Below, one piece after another: positions 9,522 through 19,339 of a stretch of 64,000 bases of DNA. Each line of letters opens with the position of its first letter. Positions within the stretch are counted from its first letter, which is position 1. The position numbers and the translations under genes were made by a program. The notes under the pieces were generated by a model. It saw only the letters and a list, made by a program, of their open reading frames with translations, searched no databases and had not been told where the DNA came from. The stretch is from Dehalococcoidia bacterium (GTDB lineage Bacteria; Chloroflexota; Dehalococcoidia; Lucifugimonadales; VXLM01), in the NCBI GenBank assembly GCA_963662435.1, contig OY759598.1, positions 1,086,507 through 1,150,506 on the forward strand, read 5' to 3'.

Positions 9522-9726
9522 GGGTTTCGTTGTAGGGGCCACACCAGGGTACAACTCCTGTTCGGCCCAAACCCACCTTTGGTTCCAAGGCCTTCACGAC
9601 CTCATAGTCTGGTTCCCGCCGGTTCGTGTTGAGTTTGGTGGAGGAGCCGGCCCGTGACGCGGGAGGCTTAGGTGCCGAGTTTGTAGCGTGGAGCCGCTCT
9701 TAGCGACGGTTCGTCCCGTCGGTCTG

Positions 9727-10500
9727 TTAACGGCGGGGTTCCCACGAGAAGAATCGGACCGAGATCACAAGCCCACCAACCAGCCAAGCGGCCATCACCA
9801 GCAGATTGATCAATTCGAAACCCCTGCCCGTCTCGAATGGATTGAACGCGGTATGCATGGCTGACGAGAAGTGCTTAACCGGGAATACATCGGCAAGGGT
9901 GGTGAGCCAGGTCGGCGCATCCTCCAAAGGGATGAAAATGTCTGAGATGAACAGCAGCGGCAGTATAAGCACATTCACGACGGCAGGAGAGGCTTCCGCG
10001 TTCGGGATGATCGCCGTAATCGCCAACCCTAGCGCGCAGAAGCAGGCGGAGCCGACCGCGAGAGTCAGAAGGAAGGCCGGTACCGTGTTGGTGGGCATGT
10101 CCACACCGTAGAACAGGACCCCGGCTACCGTCACGATAGCGACTAGTAGGGCTGCCAGAAGTACGGAGTGTATGATCTTACCGAAGAGGAACGTCCAGGC
10201 AGGCAGAGGCGTGCCGCGTATGCGTTTGAGCAACCCCTGATCCCGGGCAAAACACACGCCTATAGACACGTTGTTGAAGCAGGTGTAGATCACCGACATC
10301 GCAATTATGGCCGGCACGTAGAACGTGGATGTGTTCGTCGTCCCTCCCGGAAGGACCAGCTCTTCGCTGCCGAATAGGAGATTGAAGATTACAAGGAACA
10401 TCAACGGAAAAACGAACACGAAGAACGCCGAGAGAGGGTTGCGCCAGAAGGCCCTGTTCTCGTAGCGGATCTGCCTCAATGCTAGAGCGAAAGTACTCAC
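9727..10500 (-). CDS. ABC-2 type transporter permease
   Basis: FWRNPLSAFF, GLLKRIRGTPLP, ~6 TM helices. Confidence 0.9.
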   Translation of the reverse strand: MSTFALALRQIRYENRAFWRNPLSAFFVFVFPLMFLVIFNLLFGSEELVLPGGTTNTSTFYVPAIIAMSVIYTCFNNVSIGVCFARDQGLLKRIRGTPLPAWTFLFGKIIHSVLLAALLVAIVTVAGVLFYGVDMPTNTVPAFLLTLAVGSACFCALGLAITAIIPNAEASPAVVNVLILPLLFISDIFIPLEDAPTWLTTLADVFPVKHFSSAMHTAFNPFETGRGFELINLLVMAAWLVGGLVISVRFFSWEPRR

Positions 10501-11435
10501 CCTTCTTCATCTCCCCGCCCCGAAGCTCCGACCAATTCGATGAACACGTCCTCCAGAGTCGGTGTCGAAACCGCCAACTCATCCAACTCTATTCCCGACT
10601 CTATGGCCCAGCCGGTGAGCCTGTGAAGGGCGCGTGTCGGCATACCTGTCACGATGGTGTAGCGGCCGCCTTTGCTCTCCGCACCCAGATCTTCAGGAGG
10701 AACACCGGCATCGGGCCCGGTCTTGAACCGAATGATCGTAGAGCCGCTTCTTTGCATCAGCTCACCCGGTGTGCCCTCGTCGACAATTTCCCCCTGCACA
10801 ATGATCGCCACCCGGTCAGCCAGGTGCTCGGCCTCATCCATGTAGTGGGTCGTAAGCACGACCGTCTTGCCAAGGGATCGGAGGTTGGCGACCATTTCCC
10901 AGGCGGCGCGGCGCGCCGCAGGATCAAGACCCGTTGTAGGTTCGTCCAGAAAAAGCAATTCGGGGTCTCCCGCGAGGCCGATCGCTACGTCCAGTCGCCT
11001 CTGCTGGCCCCCAGACAGCCGCCGTACCCGGGTCCGGCGCTGCTCCCGCAGTCCTATCACGTCCAGGATCTCCTCGAGGGGCAGCGGGTGGGGAAAGTAT
11101 CCCCGGAACAGGTCTATCGTCTCCTCTACTGATAAGTACGGCTCCACGCCAGTCGTCTGCAGCACGATGCCGATTCGCTGCTTGAGAGCACGGTCATTGA
11201 GCCCCGGATCGTGGCCCAGAACGGAGACCTCGCCGCCGGTCCGGTCGCGATGACCCTCCAGTATTTCAACTGTGGTCGTTTTCCCGGCGCCATTCGGTCC
11301 CAAGAGCGCGAATACCTCTCCCTTGGACACGCTCAGGTCGATGCCCCGTACGGCTTCTACGTCGCCGTAAGATTTCCGCAGGCCACGCACTTCAATGGTG
11401 TTCGGCAAGCCTTCAGTAGTATCGGAAGTCGGCAT
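10497..11435 (-). CDS. ABC transporter ATP-binding protein (drug/export type)
   Basis: GPNGAGKTT, LSGGQ, LFLDEPTTGLD, LTTHYM; start taken at MPTSDT. Confidence 0.92.
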   Translation of the reverse strand: MPTSDTTEGLPNTIEVRGLRKSYGDVEAVRGIDLSVSKGEVFALLGPNGAGKTTTVEILEGHRDRTGGEVSVLGHDPGLNDRALKQRIGIVLQTTGVEPYLSVEETIDLFRGYFPHPLPLEEILDVIGLREQRRTRVRRLSGGQQRRLDVAIGLAGDPELLFLDEPTTGLDPAARRAAWEMVANLRSLGKTVVLTTHYMDEAEHLADRVAIIVQGEIVDEGTPGELMQRSGSTIIRFKTGPDAGVPPEDLGAESKGGRYTIVTGMPTRALHRLTGWAIESGIELDELAVSTPTLEDVFIELVGASGRGDEEG

Positions 11436-12090
11436 ACTCAGAGAATAGACTTCAAGGCAAGCTAACGTCAATCTAGCAATGTCCGTAAGATGTCCTTGCA
11501 CGAGTGTCGAACACACCGCGTTTTCCCGATATCCCCGTCTAGTCATCCGCCCAAATCGAAGTGCCCGCGCTGCTTGCACAACAGGGTTGTTGGCCGATCC
11601 CCCAGAATTCTGGACTAGACCGCATCTACCCTTTCACGGGCTCAGCCTAGGTCCCTACATACTGCCGACGGGAGAACAGAAAATGGGACACAAAACTACA
11701 TAGCTTTAGGCTGTGACACACCCAGTTCGGCGGGACAAATGTCCATTTAGCTACGGATACAAGACTAATTCAAAGATTAAGGGTTCTTGCTCTTGTCCAA
11801 CAAGAATGGCCCATGGCGGACTCGATCCATCACGGGCCACTCAGCACTTTCTGCCAGGGCGGAAGACGATAAGTTGTAGAAAAGGCCCTCTGTTCTAGGT
11901 GGTTAGGGTCACGATTCCCGGGTGGAACTAACAGTCCTTGTGACCAGTGAGTAGTTACAGCACGAACGTACTCTCCTCAAATCCGATTCCATGGTTCGAC
12001 GGGCAATATCATGTGTTGTCCAGATGGGCGGGAAGTAGTCGCCTCACCGTTACGGCCAATCTGCCTCAGTCGATCGGGGATGTGATGTCA

Positions 12091-12933
12091 TTAGTCGGCG
12101 GGGAGGTCGTTATCCCTCACCGTCACCACCTGATACACGGGCGACTCTGCGTAATAGGGCTGTGGGACGTTCGGGGTGTAGTAGCGCGGCTGCAGATGGA
12201 CTCCAATGTAGCCGTCGGGCTCAGGAGTATCGTCGTCTTCCGTTGGGATAGAGAGGACAGTTTCCTCTTCACCTGCCGCAAACCACAGCTCCCCTATCTC
12301 GGAATCTTGCAGAAACCGGCCCTCGAGGAAGAAATCGAGGTTTAGTGCAAGATCGTAGGAGAGACCGCCGATCCGTCTGAATGTGAACACGGCAGACTCA
12401 CCTTCAGTGATTGATTCCGGCGCAGTGAATGACACCACAGGGTCGTCGTCACGTACTGTCACCGAGGCCGACGACGAGGTCGGCGCCGGGTGGTCGGCGT
12501 CGTTGAAGGATTGACCGATGAGCGTGACGGTGATCACGCCGTCATCCTCAGCTGCAGTGTCGTCATCCGTTGCGATGGTCACCGTTTCCGAAGACTGGCC
12601 CGCGGGTATCGTCACCGAGCTGGGTGGTGTACCGCTAATCATCGCGCCGACTTCGGTAACTCTTACGCCCACAACCAGTTCCGACGTCGTGTCGCCTTGG
12701 CGTGTGAGTACGAACGATATGTTCTCGCCTTCCGCGATGGGGGAGTCGCTAGGAGAAATCGTAACTGACGGTGGGTAGCTGTCGGTCTCTTTCCCGGAAT
12801 TTACGACATGGTAATTGGCTGAACCAACGCCGGTCAACGGAAGTGTCATTAGAAGCACAAGGATTGAAACAGCCATACCCAGGGCGAGCGGTTTCCCCTT
12901 GGATTGGCCTGAATTCCATTTTAGTGTTCTCAT
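12091..12933 (-). CDS. Secreted protein with two Calx-beta-like domains (possibly C-terminally truncated)
   Basis: Signal/TM segment; EGENISFVLTR, VTIPAGQSSETVTIATDDD...EDDG, SVTVRDDD; second repeat ends VTVRDNDLP; RBS AAGGAGG. Confidence 0.75.
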   Translation of the reverse strand: MRTLKWNSGQSKGKPLALGMAVSILVLLMTLPLTGVGSANYHVVNSGKETDSYPPSVTISPSDSPIAEGENISFVLTRQGDTTSELVVGVRVTEVGAMISGTPPSSVTIPAGQSSETVTIATDDDTAAEDDGVITVTLIGQSFNDADHPAPTSSSASVTVRDDDPVVSFTAPESITEGESAVFTFRRIGGLSYDLALNLDFFLEGRFLQDSEIGELWFAAGEEETVLSIPTEDDDTPEPDGYIGVHLQPRYYTPNVPQPYYAESPVYQVVTVRDNDLPAD

Positions 12934-13038
12934 TATTCGCCTCCTTAAGGCTTTGCCAAGAATGAGATGCTCTCCAATATGAGTCCTTGTCGTTCGATTC
13001 CGAAGGTCTTGTCCCCTGACCCCGTGTTCTCTTGTATC

Positions 13039-13052
13039 TTGAAACGTTTCGA
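13039..13052. promoter_or_regulatory. Palindromic operator-like site TTGAAACGTTTCGA (LacI-family-like)
   Basis: Perfect 10-bp core GAAACGTTTC with partly symmetric flanks, ~110 bp upstream of the Calx-beta gene. Confidence 0.35.
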
Positions 13053-13469
13053 GTCACATTAGGTTGGAAATTCAGCGCATAGGGGTTCGCACATCGAGAC
13101 TGATCAGTAGGGAAAAGCGCAGAATTCTGCCAATCACGGAATCGGAGGTGGGAGACTCCTGCTCGAGGCAAATGGTCTCAGACAGGACGCGGAGGGCAAA
13201 AGAAGGGTGATGGCGGTGCCGTTTGCTTATGCACTGCTTAGAGGTGCGAAAACCCTTCCGGACAGGCTATTGCCCGGACTATCGCTTGGCAGACCAGGTG
13301 GCAGTCGGAATTCGATTGCTTATGGCACTATGGGCCTCAGTGGCGACTGTACAATTGGTCTCCAGAGGGCGTTGCCATGATCTGGCACATCACGAATTCG
13401 GAACAGTAGATAGGATGAAGAGTCCCACCATACTTGACTCGAACGAGTCGGTTCCTACTACGATCCAAG

Positions 13470-14669
13470 CTAATCCTCGGGGGAAAGCTCTACCTTCAAT
13501 TGATGATCGGGGCGCCTTCGCTGTGCCTCGAGCCACTTGTGTTTCTGTTCCCGGCGAGTCTTCTCATCCGGGGGTACAAATCGAGCTTGGAATTCCGCAC
13601 GATACTCCTCGAAGTTGCCTTGGCAAATTGCCGCCCGCATCTCCTCCATCAAGCGCAGGACAAATCGAACGTTGTGGATCGTCGCCAGACGGAATGCCAG
13701 CAATTCGTTGGCTCGGAAGAGATGGTGGACGTAGCCCGCGGTGAAGGTCCGGCAAGCATAGCAGTCGCAGTCTTCCTCTATCGGCGTCTGCTGGTCTCGA
13801 AAGCGCGCCGAGTCCACATTCATGCGACCGTCACGAATGAAGAGAGCTCCATTTCGGGCGATTCGGGTAGGCAGGACGCAGTCGAACATGTCGATGCCGC
13901 GTGCCACCGATTCCAACAGGTCCTCCGGCGAGCCCACTCCCATGAGGTATCTCGGCCGGTCGGATGGCAGCAGCTCCGTGGTGTGCCCCACCGTCTCCAT
14001 CATCTCGCGCTTGGACTCCCCCACACTGAGCCCACCCAATGCGTATCCAGGAAAGTCCAGGGCCGTGACCTGTGCGGCTGAAATCTCTCGGAGATCGAGA
14101 AATGTCCCGCCTTGTACGATTCCGAAGAGCATCTGGTCGTCTCGAGTTTGTGCGTCACGGCATCGCCCCGCCCATCGTGTTGTTTGTTGAACAGCTTCCT
14201 CCACGCCTGCACGGTCGCTGCCTCCGGGAGCACAGACGTCGATGGGCATGATCACGTCCGCCCCGATCTCCTCCTGGTGACCAATAACAGATTCGGGACT
14301 GAACATGTGCTTGCTGCCGTCGATGTGGGACTTGAACTCGATTCCCTCCTCGCTCAAGGTCCTCAAGTGTTCGAGGCTGAAGCCTTGAAATCCCCCACTG
14401 TCGGTCAACGTGGGTCCGTTCCATGCCATAAACGAGGCGAGTCCCCCCGAATCCCGCACTGAATCAACCCCTGGGCGCAGATACAGGTGATACGTGTTGC
14501 CCAGGAGAATCGTTGCGCCCATTGCCCGTAGGTCATTCGGGTCGACGGCCTTCACCGAGCCTTGGGTGGCTACGGGCATGAAGGCCGGAGTCGGAACGTC
14601 GCCATGGGGTGTATGGAGCGTCCCAAGTCGGGCTCGTCCGTCGGTCCTATGCAGAGTGAAGTCGGTCAT
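13470..14669 (-). CDS. tgt: Queuine tRNA-ribosyltransferase (tRNA-guanine transglycosylase)
   Basis: TPAFMPVATQGSVK, NTYHLYLRPG, LTDSGGFQ, DMFDCVLPTR, CDCYAC zinc site. Confidence 0.97.
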   Translation of the reverse strand: MTDFTLHRTDGRARLGTLHTPHGDVPTPAFMPVATQGSVKAVDPNDLRAMGATILLGNTYHLYLRPGVDSVRDSGGLASFMAWNGPTLTDSGGFQGFSLEHLRTLSEEGIEFKSHIDGSKHMFSPESVIGHQEEIGADVIMPIDVCAPGGSDRAGVEEAVQQTTRWAGRCRDAQTRDDQMLFGIVQGGTFLDLREISAAQVTALDFPGYALGGLSVGESKREMMETVGHTTELLPSDRPRYLMGVGSPEDLLESVARGIDMFDCVLPTRIARNGALFIRDGRMNVDSARFRDQQTPIEEDCDCYACRTFTAGYVHHLFRANELLAFRLATIHNVRFVLRLMEEMRAAICQGNFEEYRAEFQARFVPPDEKTRREQKHKWLEAQRRRPDHQLKVELSPED

Positions 14670-14907
14670 GGAGCGTTAGCGACGCGCACAGCTTTTCTTA
14701 CGATTGGCGGAATTCCAAATTCGTCGTAATTATAGGGCAGACGCGCACGTATGTGGTACGTGGGAAATTCCGCCGATGACGCAGATTAGGTGTAAAGCTA
14801 GCTTGACGGCCTAAATGTCAATTGCCTCGGCTTGTTGAGCAATAGGGGAAGCTCCGACCCTTCGACAGACTCGCGGCGAGCGAATTCCGACTGGGCGCTC
14901 ACTGAAC

Positions 14908-14929
14908 TGACTCAGTTCGAACTGAGTCA
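14908..14929. repeat. Perfect 22-bp palindrome TGACTCAGTTCGAACTGAGTCA
   Basis: Sequence equals its own reverse complement; lies in the tgt-alaS divergent spacer. Confidence 0.85.
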
Positions 14930-15303
14930 TTCTGGGAATGTTAGGGAGGTTCGGCTATGCCCATGAGGGTTTCCGACTCTAACTACATGGTCAGGCACCT
15001 TTGGGTCTGAATTCAGATTTTCTGTAACACTCCGTAACAAATCGTAGCTCATTCGGGGAGAGTGTTTCGCGGAGAATTATTCTCCTTCTAGTAAGACTTG
15101 AACCTCCTCTCGGAATCCAATTCCCTGGTTCATGCAGGTTATGACTAGACCGTGTGTCCTAACGCGTCAACTCCGGCGATTGGGTGTGGATGGATGCAGA
15201 AACAAGGTACGGCTGTTCTTGCCTGAGCGGGTATAAACGTTTTTGGGCCGAACCTGATTGAGTATAATGGTGCTTTCAGTTTGCATTCAGAAAGTTACAG
15301 AAG

Positions 15304-17964
15304 ATGAACTCGAACGAGATACGCGAACGATTTCTCAGCTACTTTGAATCACAGGAGCATTCTAGGGTTGCAAGCTCCTCGCTAATACCCGTCGGAGACC
15401 CCACCCTGCTACTGACCAACGCGGGCATGGTGCAGTTCAAGCCCTACTTTTCCGGTGAGGCAACGCCGCCGAACCGCCGATTGACATCCTCGCAGAAGTC
15501 CTTCCGAACTGTCGACATCGACGAGGTAGGCGACTCGACTCACCTGACCATGTTTGAGATGCTGGGGAATTTCAGTTTCGGCGACTACTTCAAAGACGGG
15601 GCGATGGGGTTCGCCGTCAACTGTCTAGAATCCGCCATGGGACTGCCGAGAGAGAACTTCGCCGCGACAGTCCATGACGGCGACGATGAGGCCTATGAGC
15701 TCTGGCAGAAACACGGCATCCCTGAAGAACGCGTCTACCGGTTCGGTGATGCTGACAACTGGTGGGGTCCTCCAATTCACGGGGAAGAAGGCCCCTGCGG
15801 CCCATGCGCCGAACTTCACTACGATTTCGGCGATGCCCGGCCAGGCTGTGGTCTTGACGACTGTGGCCCCAACTGCGAGAACCTGAACCCAGACACAGGC
15901 TTGGTCTGCGAGCGGTACGTCGAGCTGTGGAACCTCGTGTTCATGCAGTTCTACCGCAATCCGGACGGCAGCATGCCTCCACTGCCCCAGACCGGCATCG
16001 ACACTGGAATGGGTTTCGAACGTCTCGTTGTAGTCCTGCAGGACGCGCGGGACATCTACGAGACGGACCTCTTCATGCCGCTGATCCGGAAGGTCGAATC
16101 GATTACCGGCCACAATTCCGAGGAGAGCCCCGAAGTGAGGCAGGCGATGCGCGTTGTCGCTGAGCATGGACGGAGCTCGGCATTTCTCATTGCCGACGGT
16201 GTGGTCCCCTCCAACGACGGGCGGGGCTACGTCCTCAGGCGGCTCGTGCGAAGGGCCATTCGCCACGCGCGCAGGCTCGGCATGGACGAACCGTTCCTTG
16301 GCGAGATAGCCGAAACCGTAACTGGCATCATGGGCGACGCCTATCCAGAGCTTCGAAACAACCGGGATTTCGTGCAGACGGTCATCAATCTGGAAGAAGA
16401 GCGATTCCTTTCGGTCTTCCAAAACGGCTATGCGATGCTGAATGACGCCCTCAGGGGGGCTGACTCTCTCACGGGTGAGACGGCATTCCGACTTTGGGAC
16501 ACTTACGGGTTTCCGATTGAAATAACCCAGGAAATCGCCGCAGAGAGTGGTGTCGGCGTGGACATGGAGGGGTTCGATAGCCTTATGGCGGAACAGCGAG
16601 AGCGCGCGCGTGCAGGCGCAACGTTCGGCGCCGACCGCGCGAAGATCCGGCAGTACGAGAGCCTTGGTGTAGGCGGCGTAAATTTCCTCGGATACGAGTC
16701 GCTGGTGTCACACTCCGTGGCAGTCGGCATGATTTCCGGCGGTGAGGTTGTGGGTGAAGTCAGCGAGGGAGACGAGGTAGAGATCGCCTTAGTGGATACC
16801 CCATTCTACGCAGAGGGGGGCGGTCAGATCGGTGACGCGGGGGAGATGATCGGCCCGGAAGGCAAGATCGTCATTCACGACACCCAGAGGGTAATGCCCG
16901 ACCTTATCATGCACTTCGGCAAGGTGACTCAAGGGAGAATAGCGCTCGGGCAGACGATCGATGCCTATGTCGATCCCGTGCGTCGTGAGGATACCGCCAG
17001 GAATCACACGGCTACACACCTGCTCCACGCGGCACTGCGAGAAGTGCTTGGGGCACATGTTCGACAGGCCGGTTCGCTCGTGGCACCCGACCGGCTCCGC
17101 TTCGATTTCTCCCATGTTGAACCCGTTACGCCCGAAGAGATGCGACAAATACAGTTCCTTGTCAACGAGAAAATCCGCCACAACGCCACTGTGACAAAGT
17201 CGGAGGACAGGTACTCCAACGCCATTGAGCGCGGCGCCCTGGCATTCTTCGGGGATAAGTATGAGGACACAGTACGCCTCATCGAAATCGCAAACGGGGC
17301 TACATTCAGCTTCGAGGTATGCGGCGGTACGCACGTGGCGCGGACGGGAGAACTCGGTTCAGTTTTCGTGCTCGGAGAATCGAGTATTGGTGCTGGAATG
17401 CGACGAATCGAGGCCACCAGCGGACGGGGGGCGGAACGCGTCGTCAATGAGCGAATTCATGCTACGAATGCCGTGGCCACTAAGCTCCAGACCCCGATAG
17501 CCGAAATTGAAGGGCGAATCGACGGGCTTCTAGACGAACTGTCCCAGCTGCGTCGTGAGAAAGAGAACTTGGAGCGTAAGCTATCGCTCACGTCCGCAAG
17601 CGACCTGCTGGATAGTCGGCAGGATGTCGGAGGCGTCTCCGTCTTGGCGGCTCGAGTAGATGCTGCCAACGTGGACGCGATGCGGGAAATGGGCGACTGG
17701 CTCCGAGACAAAATGGGCAGCGGCGTTGTCGTTCTTGGGGCCGTCATCAGCGACCGCCCGCTGCTCATATCGATGGTCACACCCGACCTTCGTCCGTCGG
17801 GACTGGACGCTTCTCAAATAGTTCGCCGCGCCGCTAAGGTCATCGGAGGAGGAGGAGGAGGACGGCCCGATACCGCGCAGGCGGGGGGACGAGATGCAAC
17901 CAAGCTTGGCGACGCGCTGAGTCTCGTGCCTGGCCTCGTAGAAGAGCAGATAGGCCAAGATTGA
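15304..17964 (+). CDS. alaS: Alanine--tRNA ligase
   Basis: DPTLLLTNAGMVQFKPYF, FEMLGNFSFGDYFK, HTATHLLHAAL, CGGTHV, GGGGGRPDTAQAGG; TATAAT at 15263-15268. Confidence 0.98.
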   Translation: MNSNEIRERFLSYFESQEHSRVASSSLIPVGDPTLLLTNAGMVQFKPYFSGEATPPNRRLTSSQKSFRTVDIDEVGDSTHLTMFEMLGNFSFGDYFKDGAMGFAVNCLESAMGLPRENFAATVHDGDDEAYELWQKHGIPEERVYRFGDADNWWGPPIHGEEGPCGPCAELHYDFGDARPGCGLDDCGPNCENLNPDTGLVCERYVELWNLVFMQFYRNPDGSMPPLPQTGIDTGMGFERLVVVLQDARDIYETDLFMPLIRKVESITGHNSEESPEVRQAMRVVAEHGRSSAFLIADGVVPSNDGRGYVLRRLVRRAIRHARRLGMDEPFLGEIAETVTGIMGDAYPELRNNRDFVQTVINLEEERFLSVFQNGYAMLNDALRGADSLTGETAFRLWDTYGFPIEITQEIAAESGVGVDMEGFDSLMAEQRERARAGATFGADRAKIRQYESLGVGGVNFLGYESLVSHSVAVGMISGGEVVGEVSEGDEVEIALVDTPFYAEGGGQIGDAGEMIGPEGKIVIHDTQRVMPDLIMHFGKVTQGRIALGQTIDAYVDPVRREDTARNHTATHLLHAALREVLGAHVRQAGSLVAPDRLRFDFSHVEPVTPEEMRQIQFLVNEKIRHNATVTKSEDRYSNAIERGALAFFGDKYEDTVRLIEIANGATFSFEVCGGTHVARTGELGSVFVLGESSIGAGMRRIEATSGRGAERVVNERIHATNAVATKLQTPIAEIEGRIDGLLDELSQLRREKENLERKLSLTSASDLLDSRQDVGGVSVLAARVDAANVDAMREMGDWLRDKMGSGVVVLGAVISDRPLLISMVTPDLRPSGLDASQIVRRAAKVIGGGGGGRPDTAQAGGRDATKLGDALSLVPGLVEEQIGQD

Positions 17965-18377
17965 GGATACTGGCGCTTGACGTTGGAGATAGGCGGATCG
18001 GCGTCGCCGTCAGCGACACTCTGGGTGTACTGGCATCACCCCTAACCGCAATCGAACGCCGGTCGGATGCCGAATCCATCAAGGCGATCCTGGAAGTCCT
18101 AATCCGAGAAGAAGCGGGGCAAATCGTCGTAGGTCTCCCGATCACGCTCAGCGGTGGACACAGTGCGCAGACGAATTCGGTTGCCGCGTTCGTCCGAAAG
18201 CTCGAACAAAGTTCTCCTGTCCCTGTGATCACGGCGGATGAGAGGTATTCTACCGTAGAGGCCGAACGACTCCTTAGCCAGTCCAAACCGATGAGATCGC
18301 GGAGCCGCGGCGAGGTTGACGCAGCCGCCGCGGCGGTCATTTTGCAGACCTATCTCGATAGTCGATCTTCCTCTTAG
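17961..18377 (+). CDS. ruvX: Holliday junction resolvase-like / pre-16S rRNA nuclease YqgF
   Basis: ILALDVGDRRIGVAVSD, VVGLP, DERYST, VDAAAAAVILQTYLD; conserved alaS-ruvX order. Confidence 0.95.
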   Translation: MRILALDVGDRRIGVAVSDTLGVLASPLTAIERRSDAESIKAILEVLIREEAGQIVVGLPITLSGGHSAQTNSVAAFVRKLEQSSPVPVITADERYSTVEAERLLSQSKPMRSRSRGEVDAAAAAVILQTYLDSRSSS

Positions 18378-18492
18378 TCGTGGCCGAACGGCGGGCTAAT
18401 TCGTACCTTTCCCCTCCTCCTTCGAGTCCCAGCGTCGTCAGGTTCGGCCACATCGTCTGATATACTACGGCCACATTGATCCGGGACACCTG

Positions 18493-19329
18493 ATGGCCAA
18501 GCAACTCGGCGTCATTGGATATCCGCTCTCTCACACCCTGTCGCCCATATTTCAGCAGGCGGCACTCGACTACCACGCGATTCCGGCAACATACGCGGCA
18601 TGGCCGACACCTCCGGAACGCCTCGACGATGTCGTTGAGAGCTTTCGAGGGACGGAGTATCTCGGGTTCAATATTACGATTCCCCACAAGCAACGGCTAT
18701 TTACATTAGTCGATGAAGTGGATGACATGGCACGTGACATCGGCGCCGTAAACACCGTCGTCAATCGAGAAGGAATGCTGACCGGTTACAACACGGACGC
18801 CTATGGTTTTGTTAAGAGCCTCAAGGAAAAGGCTGGGTTTGAGCCGAAGGGCATGGCCGTTCTGCTGCTTGGGGCGGGTGGGGCCGCGCGAGCCGCCGCC
18901 TACGCCCTCGCAGCAGAAGGCATCGAGGCACTTACGATCGCCAACAGAACGATCGCGCGAGCGGAGGACTTGGCTCAGGAAGTTTCAGGGCGCGTCAGTA
19001 TGGTGAATGCTTGCCCTCTTGAGAATCTTACGCAAGATTTCGACTTGATCGTCAACTCCACATCCTTGGGTATGTCCTCTGCCGATGGCGCGGGACAATC
19101 TCCTTTGGAGGCAAGTTCGATTCGTCAAGAATCGCTCGTGTTCGACATGGTATACACTCCGGCAATGACCCCGTTGCTGCAATGTGCACAGAAGGCGGGC
19201 GCGCAGGTATTGGGTGGCCTGTGGATGTTGATCTACCAGGGCGCAGCCTCCTTTGAGCTTTGGACCGGCAAGCAGGCTCCCACGGATGTAATGTACAAAG
19301 CCGCCCAGCAAGCGCTAGACAAGAAGTAG
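18493..19329 (+). CDS. aroE: Shikimate dehydrogenase
   Basis: GYPLSHTLSP, NITIPHK, GAVNT, NTDAYG, LLGAGGAARA, MLIYQG. Confidence 0.96.
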   Translation: MAKQLGVIGYPLSHTLSPIFQQAALDYHAIPATYAAWPTPPERLDDVVESFRGTEYLGFNITIPHKQRLFTLVDEVDDMARDIGAVNTVVNREGMLTGYNTDAYGFVKSLKEKAGFEPKGMAVLLLGAGGAARAAAYALAAEGIEALTIANRTIARAEDLAQEVSGRVSMVNACPLENLTQDFDLIVNSTSLGMSSADGAGQSPLEASSIRQESLVFDMVYTPAMTPLLQCAQKAGAQVLGGLWMLIYQGAASFELWTGKQAPTDVMYKAAQQALDKK

Positions 19330-19339
19330 CAAGAATTCA

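Noticed and set aside
15050..15303. T-box leader upstream of alaS
   Set aside because: No GGTGGNACCGCG T-box sequence or terminator, and a TATAAT lies only ~35 nt before the start codon
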